DNA from: Anthoceros angustus
Lineage: Eukaryota > Plantae > Anthocerotophyta
Length of the DNA stretch: 64,000 nt
Direction: 5' to 3'
Assembly: GCA_010909165.1 (NCBI GenBank)
Contig: VJWM01000196.1
Span: 1 to 64,000 of the forward strand
Part shown: piece by piece, positions 13,106 through 25,760 of the stretch
How positions within the stretch are numbered: the first letter of the stretch is position 1
Layout of the letters: each line of letters opens with the position of its first letter
Notes under the pieces: model-generated
Databases searched by the model: none
What the model was told of the DNA's origin: nothing
The model's input: the letters and a program-made list of their open reading frames with translations, nothing else
Made by a program: the position numbers and the translations under genes

Positions 13106-13920
13106 TGGTGTTGTATGTTAAGGTTGATAACTTCTTCCAAGCTAGAGGTTTCAAGAAAACCAATGGAGATTCGAACATGTATGTGAAAAGAGTGGGAGAG
13201 TTCATAATAATCATTGTTGTATATGTGGATGATCTGATCCTTGTTTGCGACGATTTGGAACTCTTAGACAATACGAAGAAGAGTCTTAATGATAGTTTTG
13301 ATATGAGGGATCTAGGTAAACTTCATTACTTTATAGTGATAGAAGTAATGAGACACAGGGCTAACGAGAAGATCTCTTAGAGCCAAAAGACATATGGTAA
13401 GAATGTCCTGAAGTACTTTGGAATGCAAGGGTGCAAGCCTGTGAAGACACCAATGGTGCTTAATAAGAAGCTCACTGAAGTAGAATATATGCCAACATGC
13501 TTTGCAGTCATGGAGACGATATGGTTGTGTAACTTGCTAGAGGAGATGGGATTCAAGCAAAAGGAAGCAACAACAATCTTCAATGACAATCAAGGTTGCA
13601 TCTTCTTAGCAAGAATGCAACTTTTCATGCTAGAACCAAGCACATCGAAGTGAAACATCACTTTGAAAGAGAGAAGGTAAAGTCAAAGGAGGTAAAGCTA
13701 GAGAATTGTCCAACAGGAGACATGCCGGCAGATATTTTGACCAAATGCTTGACTTTAGACAAACATGCTAGGTTTAGCAAGATGCTAAGCCTAAGGGAAT
13801 AATTTTGATATGTTGAGTGGGAGTGTTAGAAATGATTTATCACAACATATAAAAAAATGTTATGAATAGTGCCCTAAAAACAGGTTATGAAGAGTGCCCT
13901 AAAAATAACAAAGATCCATC
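13106..13920 (+). mobile_element. Ty1/Copia RT/RNase H fragment with PPT and start of the 3' LTR
   Basis: VVYVDDLIL, MRDLGKLHYF, KNATFHARTKHIEVKHHF, MPADILTK. PPT GAGTGGGAG is followed by TGTTAG at 13824. Confidence 0.88.
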
Positions 13921-13924
13921 TAGT

Positions 13925-15295
13925 GGCTTCCCAGAGCTCTTTTCTCTGGCCGCTGCGGTGGCTCGGGTGAGACGCCTCACCGGATTTCCCATGTTCTTGC
14001 AGCTAGTAGGCTTGTCGCTATGGACAAGCCTGCCCCAGGCTCGGGCGTGCGCCCACTCGCAGTCGGGGAAGCCTTCATGCGGCTACTCAGCCGCACTATT
14101 GCCCTTCAGTGCCGCTCTCTTCTCCAGTAGCACCTCAACCCCCCTTCAATTTGGCATTGCCACTCCGGGGGGCTGTGAGTCTGTGGTGCTTGGAGTGAAG
14201 GCATGCCTTGATACCCACCCGGAGTGGGTAGTCTTACAGGTTGATGTCGAGAACGCCTTCAATACCATTTCTAGGAGCGTCATCTTCGAGGAGCTTAGGG
14301 ATCTTTGGCGGCGTCAGGGAGCCTTATACCTTTTGTCCGGTTTCTCGGAGGTCCTCCAACCTCTACTACCAAAGACAAGAACGTCTCTTTAGGATTCTTG
14401 TCTCTGTCTTGGAATCGCAATTACCAGTAAGCGACCCCTTAGGGTGCTCTCTTTGCCATTGCTCACTATAGGGCCCTATCTAGGGCCGCCTTCTCAACGC
14501 GCGACTGTGTCTTCCCTTCACTGGCAGACGACTCTCACATCCTCGGGCCTGGGGACAAAGTCAAGGAGGCATTTGAGCTCTTCTCTCATAAGCTTTCTTT
14601 GGTGGGCTTGAAGGTTAAGCTGTCCAAGTGCCACATCTGGTCTCCGTCGGGGATTTTACCTACTTTGCAGTTTCCCGCTGGGGAGATTGCTCCAGCTTTG
14701 GGACTGCGGATTCTAGGGGTCCCCTTCGGTTCCCCTGACTTCATCGGGAGCTTCCTGAACCAGGCCCTCGCAGAGGACCTCTCCATGTCGAGGACCTCCC
14801 TTTGCTGGAGGATACATAGGTGGCCTTTGGAATTCTTTCCTCCTGTTTTGCTAGGCGCCCTGATTACCTCATCCGTACGCTGTCTCCGTCCTCGACACTT
14901 TTGTCTCGGCTGCGGCGGTTTGATAGAAAGATTATGAATACTCTTGGGGACATCTTGGGCTCAGGGGCTTTTGAGTGCCCTATGGGTGATCGGCGCGTCC
15001 GCCACAGCAATTTGGAGGCCGTCTGCTCTCATTGGAGGTCTCTTCCCGTGGCTTTCCCAGTGATTGGGCCCTCTACCTCTGCTTGGCTTCTCGGTTCATC
15101 CTCCATGACAGGCCCTTTCTAGAGGATCTCGTATCAGGTGTGGAGGAGGGAACCTTCTCTCTCCAAACGTCCTTGAGGCAAGCTAGGGACATTCTACTTT
15201 CTCGACATTTATTACTGATGGTTTCAGGGTGTTGCAGGCATCCCTACTCGAGGTGCATGCACTGTACAAAAAGAACACGAAAAATGATCTTCTAA
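13925..15295 (+). mobile_element. CRE-like non-LTR retrotransposon reverse transcriptase, frameshifted
   Basis: QFGIATPGGCESVV...VVLQVDVENAFNTISR, (G)DPLGCSLFAIAH, FPSLADDSHILGP, GLKVKLSKC, LRILGVPFGSPDF. These are motifs typical of CRE-clade RTs. Confidence 0.75.
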
Positions 15296-16699
15296 TGGGG
15301 AAGCATTTCCTTTTGGCGGTCTGAGGATGTGCCAGAACTCCCGACAAAATAACAAGTAGCAGACATCGGCGGAGGTTCACCTAGACCACTCTTATATACC
15401 TATCCTATGCCCTAATGCGACGAAGAATACCCTATCGCCTTTTTATTCTTTACGGTGTTTAGTCTTTTTCGTGATGACCTAATCTAGGGTTATCATCAAA
15501 CATGCCGGGGCCCGGTGGGTGAACAAGTGCATGCACCGAGGCAAGGGGCCGGGTGCACGCCTTGTCGTGCACCACGGGCGAGGGGCACGGGGGGCAGGAT
15601 GCGGTCTTGTGCGTCTTGCACCGAGAGAAGGGGCCGGAGTCTTGGCCACATGCGCACGAGAACAGAGGCCCAAGTGTGCACACTTGCGTGCACCCAAGGT
15701 CAAGAAGGGCTCGGAGCATGAACCCAAATGGTTCATGCCTCCTAGTGCATTCCCACACGGTTCATCCAAAGAAAAAGAGCAAAAGTCTTTAAAAACCCTA
15801 AAAACCCCTTAAAAAATTACAAAAAAGTCCAGTTTTTTGAGGCAAGTGCGCGCACTTGCTCTAAAATTTTGACAATTTTTTACATTTTTTTGTATTTGTT
15901 TTGATATTTTTGTTGTTTCAAAGGGTTCCTTTCGACGTTTTCAACCTTTTTTGTGCAGCTCCCTAATGTGGATATGTTCTTATCTTTACTTAACCCTCAT
16001 CTTTTTTCTAGTGGTTAAAACTTTGAACTAGTAGTGAGAACCTTTTGCATCTTGAGACGTTTGGCGTGGGCCCACCTCTAAGTGCAGACCATGCCACTCT
16101 CATTCTCGCACTAGACGTGGATCAAGAGCATCAGGCCAAAGAAGATATTATTGTCCCAATGTCTAAGGAACAAAGTCTGTAAAATTCTCGGGCGAGAGTA
16201 TAGTCATAGGATTGACTAGTATGAATGAAAGGTTGCGCAAACAAGTTTGCGAATTAAACAAGCCCTAAAAACTCTAAATGTTTGTATCGTCCAACACCGC
16301 AATGATTGCGGATGTTGGAGCTTAGATGTGGCGCGCATAAGTTTGCCAATTTTGTGTCCAGTTTGAAAAAAAGCGAGCGAGAATGGGACTTTAGGTTTTT
16401 GCCACGTACTTGCAATCTACAATCTCAAATAACGTGTATCAAAACAATTATTCAAAAGGTTGCGGTAACATGTCTGAGAAATATCAAAAAGCTTGATTAT
16501 AGTGCGGATTTTTTCAAGTGCAAAAAGGGGTCCGGCCAAGTCCGTGTGCAAAAAGGGGTTTCAAGAGAAACCCCTTTCTAAACAGACGCTGTTATTCCTA
16601 CACATATCTCTCTACGTACGCATCTGTGTGCTCGGTCCAATACCAGTGGATAAGAAAGTGAGGTCGTGGTGCATCTAGCTTCGCGTCAATGACCTCCCC

Positions 16700-17093
16700 A
16701 ATCTAGAATGGCTTGTGATGAGTGTCCATAGTGCTTGGCACTGCCAGAAACATTCCCTTCCAGATTTCCGTTATGTCCCCATTCATCCGCGTCATTCCCA
16801 CTGTTGCCTTCCGGCACTTTGATATGCCCCTTATGACGTGACTTTCATTTGACGGCCAGCCGGGCGCGCACCAATCCCGTGTCGTTGCAATAAGGGGTCC
16901 GTTCCCAAGGGAATGACTTGTTCCGTGCTTACACGTCCGTTGCTCGTTCTCCCCCTTGTCGTTGGGAAGGGTGTCTATCTGAGACCACAACACGGTCGTT
17001 TTCCGCTTCCTAGTTACTTCTACTCGTCCACCGTACAGGCCCAGAGTGGCCAAACGTTTAAGGACTCGTTTGCGTCCGTTGCCTACTGACCTG
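16700..17093 (+). repeat. Family X repeat, left part of a copy split by the Gypsy element
   Basis: GACGGCCAGCCGGGCG..AATCCCGTGTCGT..AGGGGTCCGTTCCCAAG.GAATGA and CGTTTAAGGAC match 43665-43885. Confidence 0.7.
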
Positions 17094-17765
17094 TGTCATG
17101 CCGTGTGATACTAATCTCTGCACTTGGGTTTAGTGTTTGATTAGCATTAATTAATCTAATTACTTATCTTTAAGTAAGTAATTAGTGTTAATTAATCTAA
17201 AGTGCTTATGTTAATTGAGCATTGATTAGTGTTAATTAATCTAATGTGCTTATGTTAATTAAGCATTGATTAGTGTTAATTAAACATGGTTAGCAATAGC
17301 TAAGTGGATAAGCTCAAGTAATATGCTTTGGCATATTCCTTGCATATTATAGTGTATTCTTAGGATACAATAGCTAAGTGGATAAGCTCAAGTAATATGC
17401 TTTGGCATATTCCTTGCATATTATAGTGTATTCTTAGGATATTTCCGGCATATCGATGCCGCCAATAGGATATCTTATGAATATGCCGATGCGAGTCTAT
17501 ATATAGACCCTTCCATTGAGGACAAGCTCGGATCATAGCTTGTCCTCTAGATATCTCAATGCAAGGGTGTTGTGAGGAGGCCAAAGCTATGACTCAGAGG
17601 CGATGTGTGAGGAATTTGCGTGTTGTTCTCGTGGGGAGAGTGTGTTTGTGCCACGACGCTGTCCTCACATCCCCATAGCAGCGTAGCCATGGCCGGCTCG
17701 GTGCGTCTCGAGCAGAGCTCACTACCACTTGATGCGTGAGGCGCAGGCTCCGGATCAGGCAGACA
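17094..17765 (+). repeat. Putative 5' LTR of the Gypsy element
   Basis: TGTCATGCC...GGCAGACA imperfect terminal inverted repeat. AT-rich U3-like part with ~46-bp and ~73-bp tandem duplications, TATATATAG near 17497, and a PBS-like TGGGTGCCAAAGC directly after. No second LTR is available to confirm it. Confidence 0.6.
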
Positions 17766-17967
17766 CTGGGTGCCAAAGCAACAGCAACAACAAGGCATCA
17801 TGGCTCCGCCACCACAACGCTTAATCACCACCACACAGGCGGGTCTTGGAGCTCGGCGGCAACAAAGGTATGGAGGATGGTGCAAGAGGACCCGATTGTC
17901 CTATGGGAGTAACATAAGTTCTTGCCTAGGGTTGAGCTGTTTGTGACCTAAACACCTGTGTCATCAC

Positions 17968-18896
17968 ATGGCGACCTCGGGAAGCGGCATAGTGCTCGTG
18001 GAACTCTTTGGAGGCATCGATCCTTGGCAGCGGTGCTAAAGTGTGGCATCAAAGTGCGAAGATCGTGCATTGTGACCCGGATCCAAAAGCAAGGATTGTG
18101 TCACGTGCGAAGAGACTTGATGGGGAGTACCTAACCTCCTAACGTGAGTCGGTGAAGGGTTACAGGAGGCCGATGGATGTTCGCATGATAGGGTTGTCCC
18201 ATTTGAGTTGTCTTGGGCAACCGGTGGACCTTGTCATCGCAGTTGGGAGTGTCAAGGACTATCCTCTGCGGGCAAGGGTCAAGGTCGAAGGATCCACGAA
18301 CAAAGATTGTTCTATGACGATGAGGATCTTGCGCTTGATCCGTAAAGGGCAAGAAAGGCCTTGTGGATACATGTTGGAGAATGTGCCGGCATGAGCGTGA
18401 AGAAGCAAGTTCGGGAGGACTTTGCCACGATCCGAGGAGTGTTGGGTCGGGAGCTTCTATTGGATGCGACTCAATTTGGTTCGAGGGCTCATAGGTTGAG
18501 GTCCATGTGGACTAACCTTGCTCCCTTGGAACATTTGAAGTGTGCGAGGTCGTTCACCAAGCGACCTAATCATGTTGTCAAGGATGTGCTAGCATCGGAA
18601 GGCATGCCCAACAAGTCATCAAGACGACAAGCCGCCGTGACTGAACACGCTGGACACCCCATGGCGGCTTGGCCAACCTTTGTGTCTAAGTCCAAGTCTT
18701 ACGCCTTCGGGAACCATGGCCCCGGCGTTGTGGTGGACAGACATGGCGAGGCCTTGGGAGAGCCAACTGACACAGAGAGGAGTTGGCCATGGGATTTGAT
18801 GCCGGAGCCACGAAGACACCGGGAGTGACCGAGAAGGAACGGTGTCGATTGCTTGGGCAAGCATTTGACGTGAACATGATGACCGGTTGTTTAGCT
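17968..18896 (+). pseudogene. DNMT3-like C5-cytosine DNA methyltransferase domain, frameshifted in this assembly
   Basis: Motif I IVLVELFGGI (17989-18018); VHCDPDPKAR; motif IV VDLVIA[G]WECQGLSSAG (Cys codon 18250-18252); motif VI YMLENV (ENV 18377-18385); motif VIII LLDATQFGSRAHRLRSMWTNL; motif IX EPTDTE..LAMGF; motif X ERCRLLGQAFD. Confidence 0.9.
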
Positions 18897-19059
18897 ACTG
18901 AGTCGCTACCAACTTCAAACCAAGAAGGCGGGGTTGAAGCGGCGGGGTTCGGTGGGTGAAGGACATTCGGCACTCGCATCTCAACAGGAGAAGGCGAGTT
19001 TGGAGGGCAAGGAGGCGAGCACGTAGAGGCGTGCAAGCCATCGAGCCACAACCACATGA

Positions 19060-19920
19060 GTGGTTAACAGCGCCGAGTTGAAGAGCAATCAGCGTCGGCT
19101 AAAGGAGTTGTTGGAGGCATCGCGACATGTGTTTGCTTTCACGCTTGCGGAGATGGGGAAGTACACCAAAGGGAAGTTCCACATAGAATCGACCACGGAT
19201 GAACCAAAGGTTCCGCAGAGGCTGTGCTCAGAAGGCCGAGTGGGATTTGGTTGAGAATCGATGCCAAGAGCTTCTCAAGCTAGGGCTGATTCGACGATCT
19301 AACTCGCAGACGCATGCGCGGCTTCCAAAAAGAAGGATGAGAATGGATTGTGGACGAGAGGAGAATGTGTGGTGACTATCGGCCGTTGAACGAGCGAATC
19401 CCACATGACCACTATCCCATGCCGACGGTCAAGAGATCTTCGACACCATTGGGTCTCGCCAAGTTCTTCTCAACATTGGACTTGAGGCTAGGGTTTCACC
19501 AAGTAGAGATCGAAGAAGACAAGAAGAAAACGCGGCTGGGCGTAGATTGCTTGTACGAGTGGAATTACATGCCATTTGGTTGAAGACATCGCCAACGCAG
19601 CTCCAAAGGTACATGGACAATGAGCTCAAGGACTTGCATTTCGCCAAGTGCTACATTGATGACGTCATCATCTTCAGCAATACCTTTGAGGAGCATCTAC
19701 AACATCTTCGAGCAGCCTTTGCTAGATCGGGGCTTTTGAAGGCCCATCCAGGAAGTGTCGATTTGGAGAGGATAAGGTGTTGTACTTGGGTCATTGGATC
19801 ACGCCCGACGGATCTCGCCGCATGCCACCAAGGTGGAGGCAATCGCGCGCATTCCCAGGCCAAACGACATCTCGAAGTTGAGGGCATTCTTGGGTTTGGC
19901 AGGTTACTACAGGAAGTTCA
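19060..19920 (+). pseudogene. Gypsy reverse transcriptase, N-terminal part
   Basis: RMCGDYRPLN, FSTLDLRLGFHQV, YMPFGLK, CYIDDVIIFSNTFEEHLQHL, LRAFLGLAGYYRKF. Confidence 0.93.
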
Positions 19921-20182
19921 TAATGGAATATAGCTTATTTGAACAAAATGTGTTAAAACATAATAGTGATTTAAGTCACAATTAGAATTAGGTTTAGTTT
20001 TATTATGAGTTAATTAATAACCGTCAATAACTGGCCACAATCAACAACTGCTTTTTGTATAAGACACCTTTTCGTGCATTAGTTGAATATCTTACAATCC
20101 CAACTTGCTTTGTCTCCCTTGCTTTCATCTTGCACGATCATCACGCATTGCACACATGCGATCCTAGGCCACAAATTCTTTA
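19921..20182 (+). repeat. 5' LTR of nested Copia
   Basis: Direct repeat of 25505-25760; TAATGG...TCTTTA. Confidence 0.95.
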
Positions 20183-23100
20183 TGGTATCGAGCCAATATA
20201 ATCTATTGCCGATGTAATTGATTAAAAAAAAATGCTTTAGTCCTTGCTTATCACCATGCCGGCGTGTTTTTGTTTTGTGGACATTAGTCAAAGTAGGCGC
20301 AAGAACGCAAGATGCGATGCTAGAATGGAAATCAAGTGAAGGAAACCGACAGAAACGATCCCTTGATAGACGCGCCGCTAATCCGAGAGCAAAGCGAAGA
20401 AGAAAGCAACCCTCCAAAACGAACATCAAGAAGCAAAAACAACCAATAATCGCAGCAGCGCAACCATTTGCAAGCGAGCAAGCGCCACCGCCTCGCTGCG
20501 TACAGATCGGTGAAGGTCATGCCGATCGCGGGCTTGGCCATGATGGTCATCCGTGGCGGCAGTGAGATGTGAGCCCGTGAGGAACCGCAGAGGGCAGCGC
20601 AGATCAAGGGGCCGGCAGACCGGGCGCAGATCGCTGCGGCCTAGCCAATTTTGAGTAAAAGGAACTCGCAGCGCCGATTCCAGCCGTCAGCCACACATGC
20701 CACATGGCGAGGAGCGCAGCCAAGCAGAGGAGGAGGAGGAGCATCGAGGGTGGATTGTGAGGAGGAGCATCGATGTATGGGTCGCATGGGAAGTGATGAA
20801 GCATAAAAAATCTTTTGGCATCTTTCGAGATTCTATGCTAATAAGCGGCTTTTCGGAAATCTATAAAGGCGAATATCTTGTTTTTAATTTTTTTTTTGTG
20901 GAGAGCGTCTTGCTAGGAAGCCTCATAATTCAAGATTAAAATTAATTAATTAATTAATTAAGGGCTATTAAATATGTTTTTTTAGGCATTAGACGCATGC
21001 ATTTTGTGTGTATTAGTTTTGCTACAATACCAATCTAGCTGCCTAGATTGTCGAGACGATTTTGTCCCGGTTCTAACCATTTTATGGTGTAGTTTTTATG
21101 CTTTGACCTGATGGATGGTAGTCAAGCATCAAATACTTTGTTTGGAAGTTTATTTGATACTCCGAGGAAGCTCATGTAGTAGAGTATTCCATATGGGATT
21201 TTTCTCCTCAAGCTGTAATCTTTAGATTAAATATAATGGCGGCACCTTCTCATTCCCTCTTGTTCCCCTAACTCCTCTTAGGATAGAATTTAAGGATAAG
21301 GATAGATTTAATGGGTCCGATTACACCATATGGGCAATGAGAGTGTCGCATTTTAGAAGAAAGCAATTGATGGGGTTGTAGATGGTCCGAACTGCCCCGC
21401 TCCGAGCCGCCGATGTCGTTTTGGATTGGCAACGAAAGAAAGACGTGCAAGAACTATTATTATTTCCGCTCTAGATCGGAACATGATGACACACACTTTG
21501 GGTGCGCCACTTCAAGTGATGTGGAATAACTTTAAGATGATTTATAAGGACAGAGCTCGGCTTCCCTTGTTCAAGCATTCGTGATTTTTTCAGCCTCCGC
21601 ATGAAAGATAACGAGCCCGTGGAGTCTTATATTAATCTTCGCACTTGTCGTGCTAACCTTTCATATTGTGGAATTGATGAAGTTCGTGTCAGCCCTACTT
21701 GCAACCCTACCAAGCATATCAATCTTTTGTAAGCGCACGAGTGCCATTATCGAACGGCAGTCAATCAGCCAGGTGCAACCCCGCTATTACACTCAGGAGG
21801 TGTTTGGAGCTCTTCTAGCGGAGGAGAGGACTCGTGGCCTTAATAAGATGAAGGCCAGCTCAAGTGGTCAATCAAACTCGAGAATTTTGTTCACTTCGAG
21901 GCGAGGGCTTTCGAGGACGGGCGTGGCTTCCCAATCAATTTCAGCGTTCCACATATAATCCTAATTATCTGCAGCAGCACCAAAGCAGAAATATGACTTG
22001 CCATTGGTGCAAGATACCCAGCCATATTGAGAAGAATTGCCGGAAGAAAAGGGCTGGTGAGCCTCGTCGAGATGCAAGTCTTCCTGAATCAAACCTCACA
22101 ACCACAAAGGCTAAGTCTTCCACAATCTTAGCTGTTTGTCTTTCATCTGTTCATTCTCAAGTAGAAACTTGGTTTTTAGATTCAGGAGCTACCAGTCATA
22201 TTTGTTTTGACAGACACTCATTTAAAACTTTCTCACCCACATATGATGCCAATCGGTTTGTGCTTTTGGGTGATGACAGGGCTTTCCATCAAGGGCTCGG
22301 GCTTGGTCATACAACTCCCGGATGAGTCTTCACTCACACTTTCCGTGTTTTATTTGTTCCTTCTATGACCAAAAATTTGATGTCGGTGCTTAAGTTGTCA
22401 CAAGAACACTCTTGCCGAGTCTGCTTTGATCAAAGGTTGCCGTAACGCATGTTCCATCAAGCCATGACCTTTTCACAGGCACCCCTTTTCATGATTTGTA
22501 TTTATTAGATGTCAAATCCATAGTGCAACCTCAACCCACTCAGTCTGTTAATGCCATTCAGAAACAAGCTTCAATGCACCTTTGGCATTGTCGTCTTGCC
22601 CACGTAAATTTCCAGCGTCTAGCATCTCTTACGAAGGGTGATAGCTTTAGAGATCCACTTACCTATGTCCCTTCTGGTCACCCCTTTTGTGACTCCTGTC
22701 AGCTTAGTAAAGCATTTTCTAAGCCATATACGGATCTCCACTCAACAAGGGCCTCTGCCCTTTTGGATACTATTCATAGTGATATTTGTGGCCCTATGTC
22801 CACCAGCTCATTTGGAGGAGCTGCTTATTTTATTACATTCATAGATGAATGGAGCCGCTATTGTATTGTTTATGTGTTAAGAAATAAAAGCGAGGCTTTT
22901 ATGTGTTTTCAAACCTATGTGCGGTTGGCATCCCGGCAAACAGGTCACAAGGTTAAAATTTTACGCAGTGACAATGGCGGCGAATACATCAGCAATGCTT
23001 TTCAGGAATTTTGCTCTTTGGAAGGGATACAACACCAGCTCACCGTGCCGTATACTCCTGCTCAGAACTCCTTTGCTGAGAGGAAAAACCGGACACTGCA

Positions 23101-25504
23101 AGAGGCTACTTTGGCCTCTCTTACTTTTGCCAGCCTCTCTCGTGGATATTAATGAGGCATTGATGGCTGCAAATTATGTTCTCAACCGACCTACTAAGGA
23201 GCTTGGATTGACAACTCCTTATGAGAGATGGATGGAAAGAAGCCCGATAGGGCATCTACGCATTTTGGATCACCGCTTATGCTTATGTCCCTACTATTCA
23301 TAAGATGGATTTGAAGGCGTCAGAATTTTGTGGGTTACTCGATGATGTGAAGGGTTATGTTGTTTGATCCGATTACACGCCAGTGACCATTTCAAGTGTG
23401 GTTTTTAACGAAGATATTTTGCTTCGTCAACATCGCTCAACTTCCTCCTCGGCGCAACTATGCCTCCATCTATATCCGTGTTTCGGACCCACCTTCCGAC
23501 TCTTTTGCGTTTGATGATTCTTGTGTTACTATTTTGAGGATGACTCCTCTTTGGCTTGTGAGGGGCTGCTCCTATTACCCGCTCCAACGGTTGTAGTTGA
23601 TGATGTTCACCCGCACATCCAGGTGGCTAATGACACCAGTGCTTGATCCACAGGATGACGTTAATGAAGCCAATGAAGAGCCTCCTCAAGTACTACGCGT
23701 TCCACTGACACCGTCCTCCAAGGTCGAGTGGAAAGAGCCTCCATATGTCGCAGTATTGAGAGGAATCCTTTTCCACCTCCTTATGTTTTTAGTGTTGTAG
23801 AATCATTAGGTGAACTCGCCACCTATAGAGAAGCAATTGAAGGGCCTGAAGCTTCCTTTTGGCAAAAGGCTATTGAGTCCGAATATCAATCTCTCATTTC
23901 TAACAAAACTTGGGTTCTTGTTGATCTCCCTCCGGTCGCAAACCGCTTGCTTGTAAGTGGGTCTTCAAGAAGAAACTTAATCGATGGTAGTGTTGGTAGG
24001 TATAAGGCTCGCCTCGTGGCAAAGGGTTATAGTCAAGTAAGGGACTAGACTACAATGAAACATTTGCCCCAGTTGTTAAGTCTACCTCCATAAGAATACT
24101 CTTGGCCCTTGCTGCTCACTACAATCTCCTCGTACATCGCTTAGACGTAAAAGCGCTTTTCTTAATGGCACCTTAGATGAGGTCATCTACATGGCCCAAC
24201 CGGAAGGTTTTATTATAGACCCTAATAAAGTGTGTCACTTTTAAAACACTTTATGGTCTTAAAGATCCTCCTGCATGGAATGAAGTGTTTCATGCATTGC
24301 TCATAGAATTGGGTTTCACATGTTTGACGATACCAGATATATTTTATGGGATGGCAATGATTTTATCATTTTAACTGCTTATGTGGATGACAATATTTTA
24401 TTTAGCACTTCACCAACTCTTATGGCAAGAATAAAAGCGCTTTGGCAAGATTTGATATGAGATTTGGGCGCTTATCATTTTCTCTTGGTGTTCAATTTCA
24501 TTTTAACACCGTGATAATACTATTGATATTCATCAAGAGCATTTTGTACATCAACTACTTAAGAGATTCAAGATGGAGGATGCACGATCCGACACACCTA
24601 TGTCTATAGGTGAAAAGCTATCTAAGGAACAATGCCCAACAATAAGAAGAAAAGGTTGAGATGGCACTCAAGCCTTATCGATGTTGGTTGTTTAATTATC
24701 TATCGTTGGACTAGATTAGACATTACACGCTTAGTAATGTTAGTCAATTTTAGAGAACCTTTGCCACATTGGGCTGCAGTGAAGAGGATTTTAGGTACCT
24801 CAAAGGAACAACACGCAAAGGTTTACGTTTTCTAAGCAATCGGATGGTTTGCATGTCCTTTGTGATCGATTGGGCTGGAGACCCGGACACTAGGCGTAGT
24901 GTAGCAGCCCTCTTGTCGTTTTAGGTGGATCGATTATTTCTTGGTCTAGTAAAAGCTCACCACTATTTGTCTCTCTACAAGGTAATATGGTGCTATGACA
25001 CAAGCTGCTAGAGAGGTTATTTGGATTCGATCTTTCTTGAGTGGACTTAAGCAGCTTCATGAAGGACCAACTCAGCTTTGGTGCGACAATCAGTCGGCCA
25101 TTGCTTTATCGAAGAATCCGGTTTTTCATGCTAGGAGCAAGCATATCGAGATTGCTCATCATTTTATAAGACAAGCAGCAGACCGTAAAGAGGTAAAAGT
25201 GGACTATGTTGATACTTCAGAGAATGTGGCTGACCTTTTGACAAAGCTTTGCCAAAGCTAGTACATGAGAAGCATACTTTGGCGGTGGGCTACAAACTAT
25301 ACTGCGTGAACAAAGCAGAAGCTCATTAGGTTGATTCTCACCTTTATTTGGCTTGGTGATTGGATGAAGCCTTATTGTTTATTTCACACTTGTCAAAACT
25401 CTTTTCCTGTTTATACAAGCGGTGGGAGTACACTTCCTAGTGAAGTTCATCTTCAAGATATTTTCAAGCTTATTAATTAACTCCTAATTGCAACTAAGTG
25501 GGAG

Positions 25505-25760
25505 TAATGGAATATAGCTTATTTGAACAAAATGTGTTAAAACATAATAGTGATTTAAGTCACAATTAGAATTAGGTTTAGTTTTATTATTAGTTAATTA
25601 ATAACCAATGTCAACCGCCACAATAAGCTTTTTGTATAAGACACCTTTTCGTGCATTAGTTGAACATCTTACAATCCCAACTTGCTCTTGTCTCCCTTGC
25701 TTTCATCTTGCACGATCATCACGCATTGCACACATGCGATCCTAGGCCACAAATTCTTTA
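25505..25760 (+). repeat. 3' LTR of nested Copia
   Basis: Direct repeat of 19921-20182, preceded by the PPT and followed by the TSD. Confidence 0.95.

Larger units (their letters stand above)
19921..25760 (+). mobile_element. Full-length Ty1/Copia element with TA...TA LTR termini, nested in the Gypsy RT
   Basis: TSD GTTCA at 19916-19920 and 25761-25765. LTRs 19921-20182 and 25505-25760. PBS TGGTATCGAGCC at 20183. PPT AAGTGGGAG at 25496. Coding motifs: gag CHWCKIPSHIEKNC, PR WFLDSGATSH, IN LRSDNGGEY, RT YKARLVAKG and YVDD, RH KNPVFHARSKHIE. Confidence 0.96.

Noticed and set aside
16552-16578. AAAGGGGTTTC-AAGA-GAAACCCCTTT hairpin as a Helitron 3' end or terminator
   Set aside because: There is no CTRR terminus at the expected distance, and the related copy at ~12355-12385 does not keep the stem.
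17968-18896. Host DRM/CMT/MET1 gene or bacterial restriction-modification methylase contamination
   Set aside because: The motif order is unpermuted (not DRM), there is no BAH or chromodomain, no introns and no endonuclease partner, and it lies between an LTR-like block and Gypsy RT.
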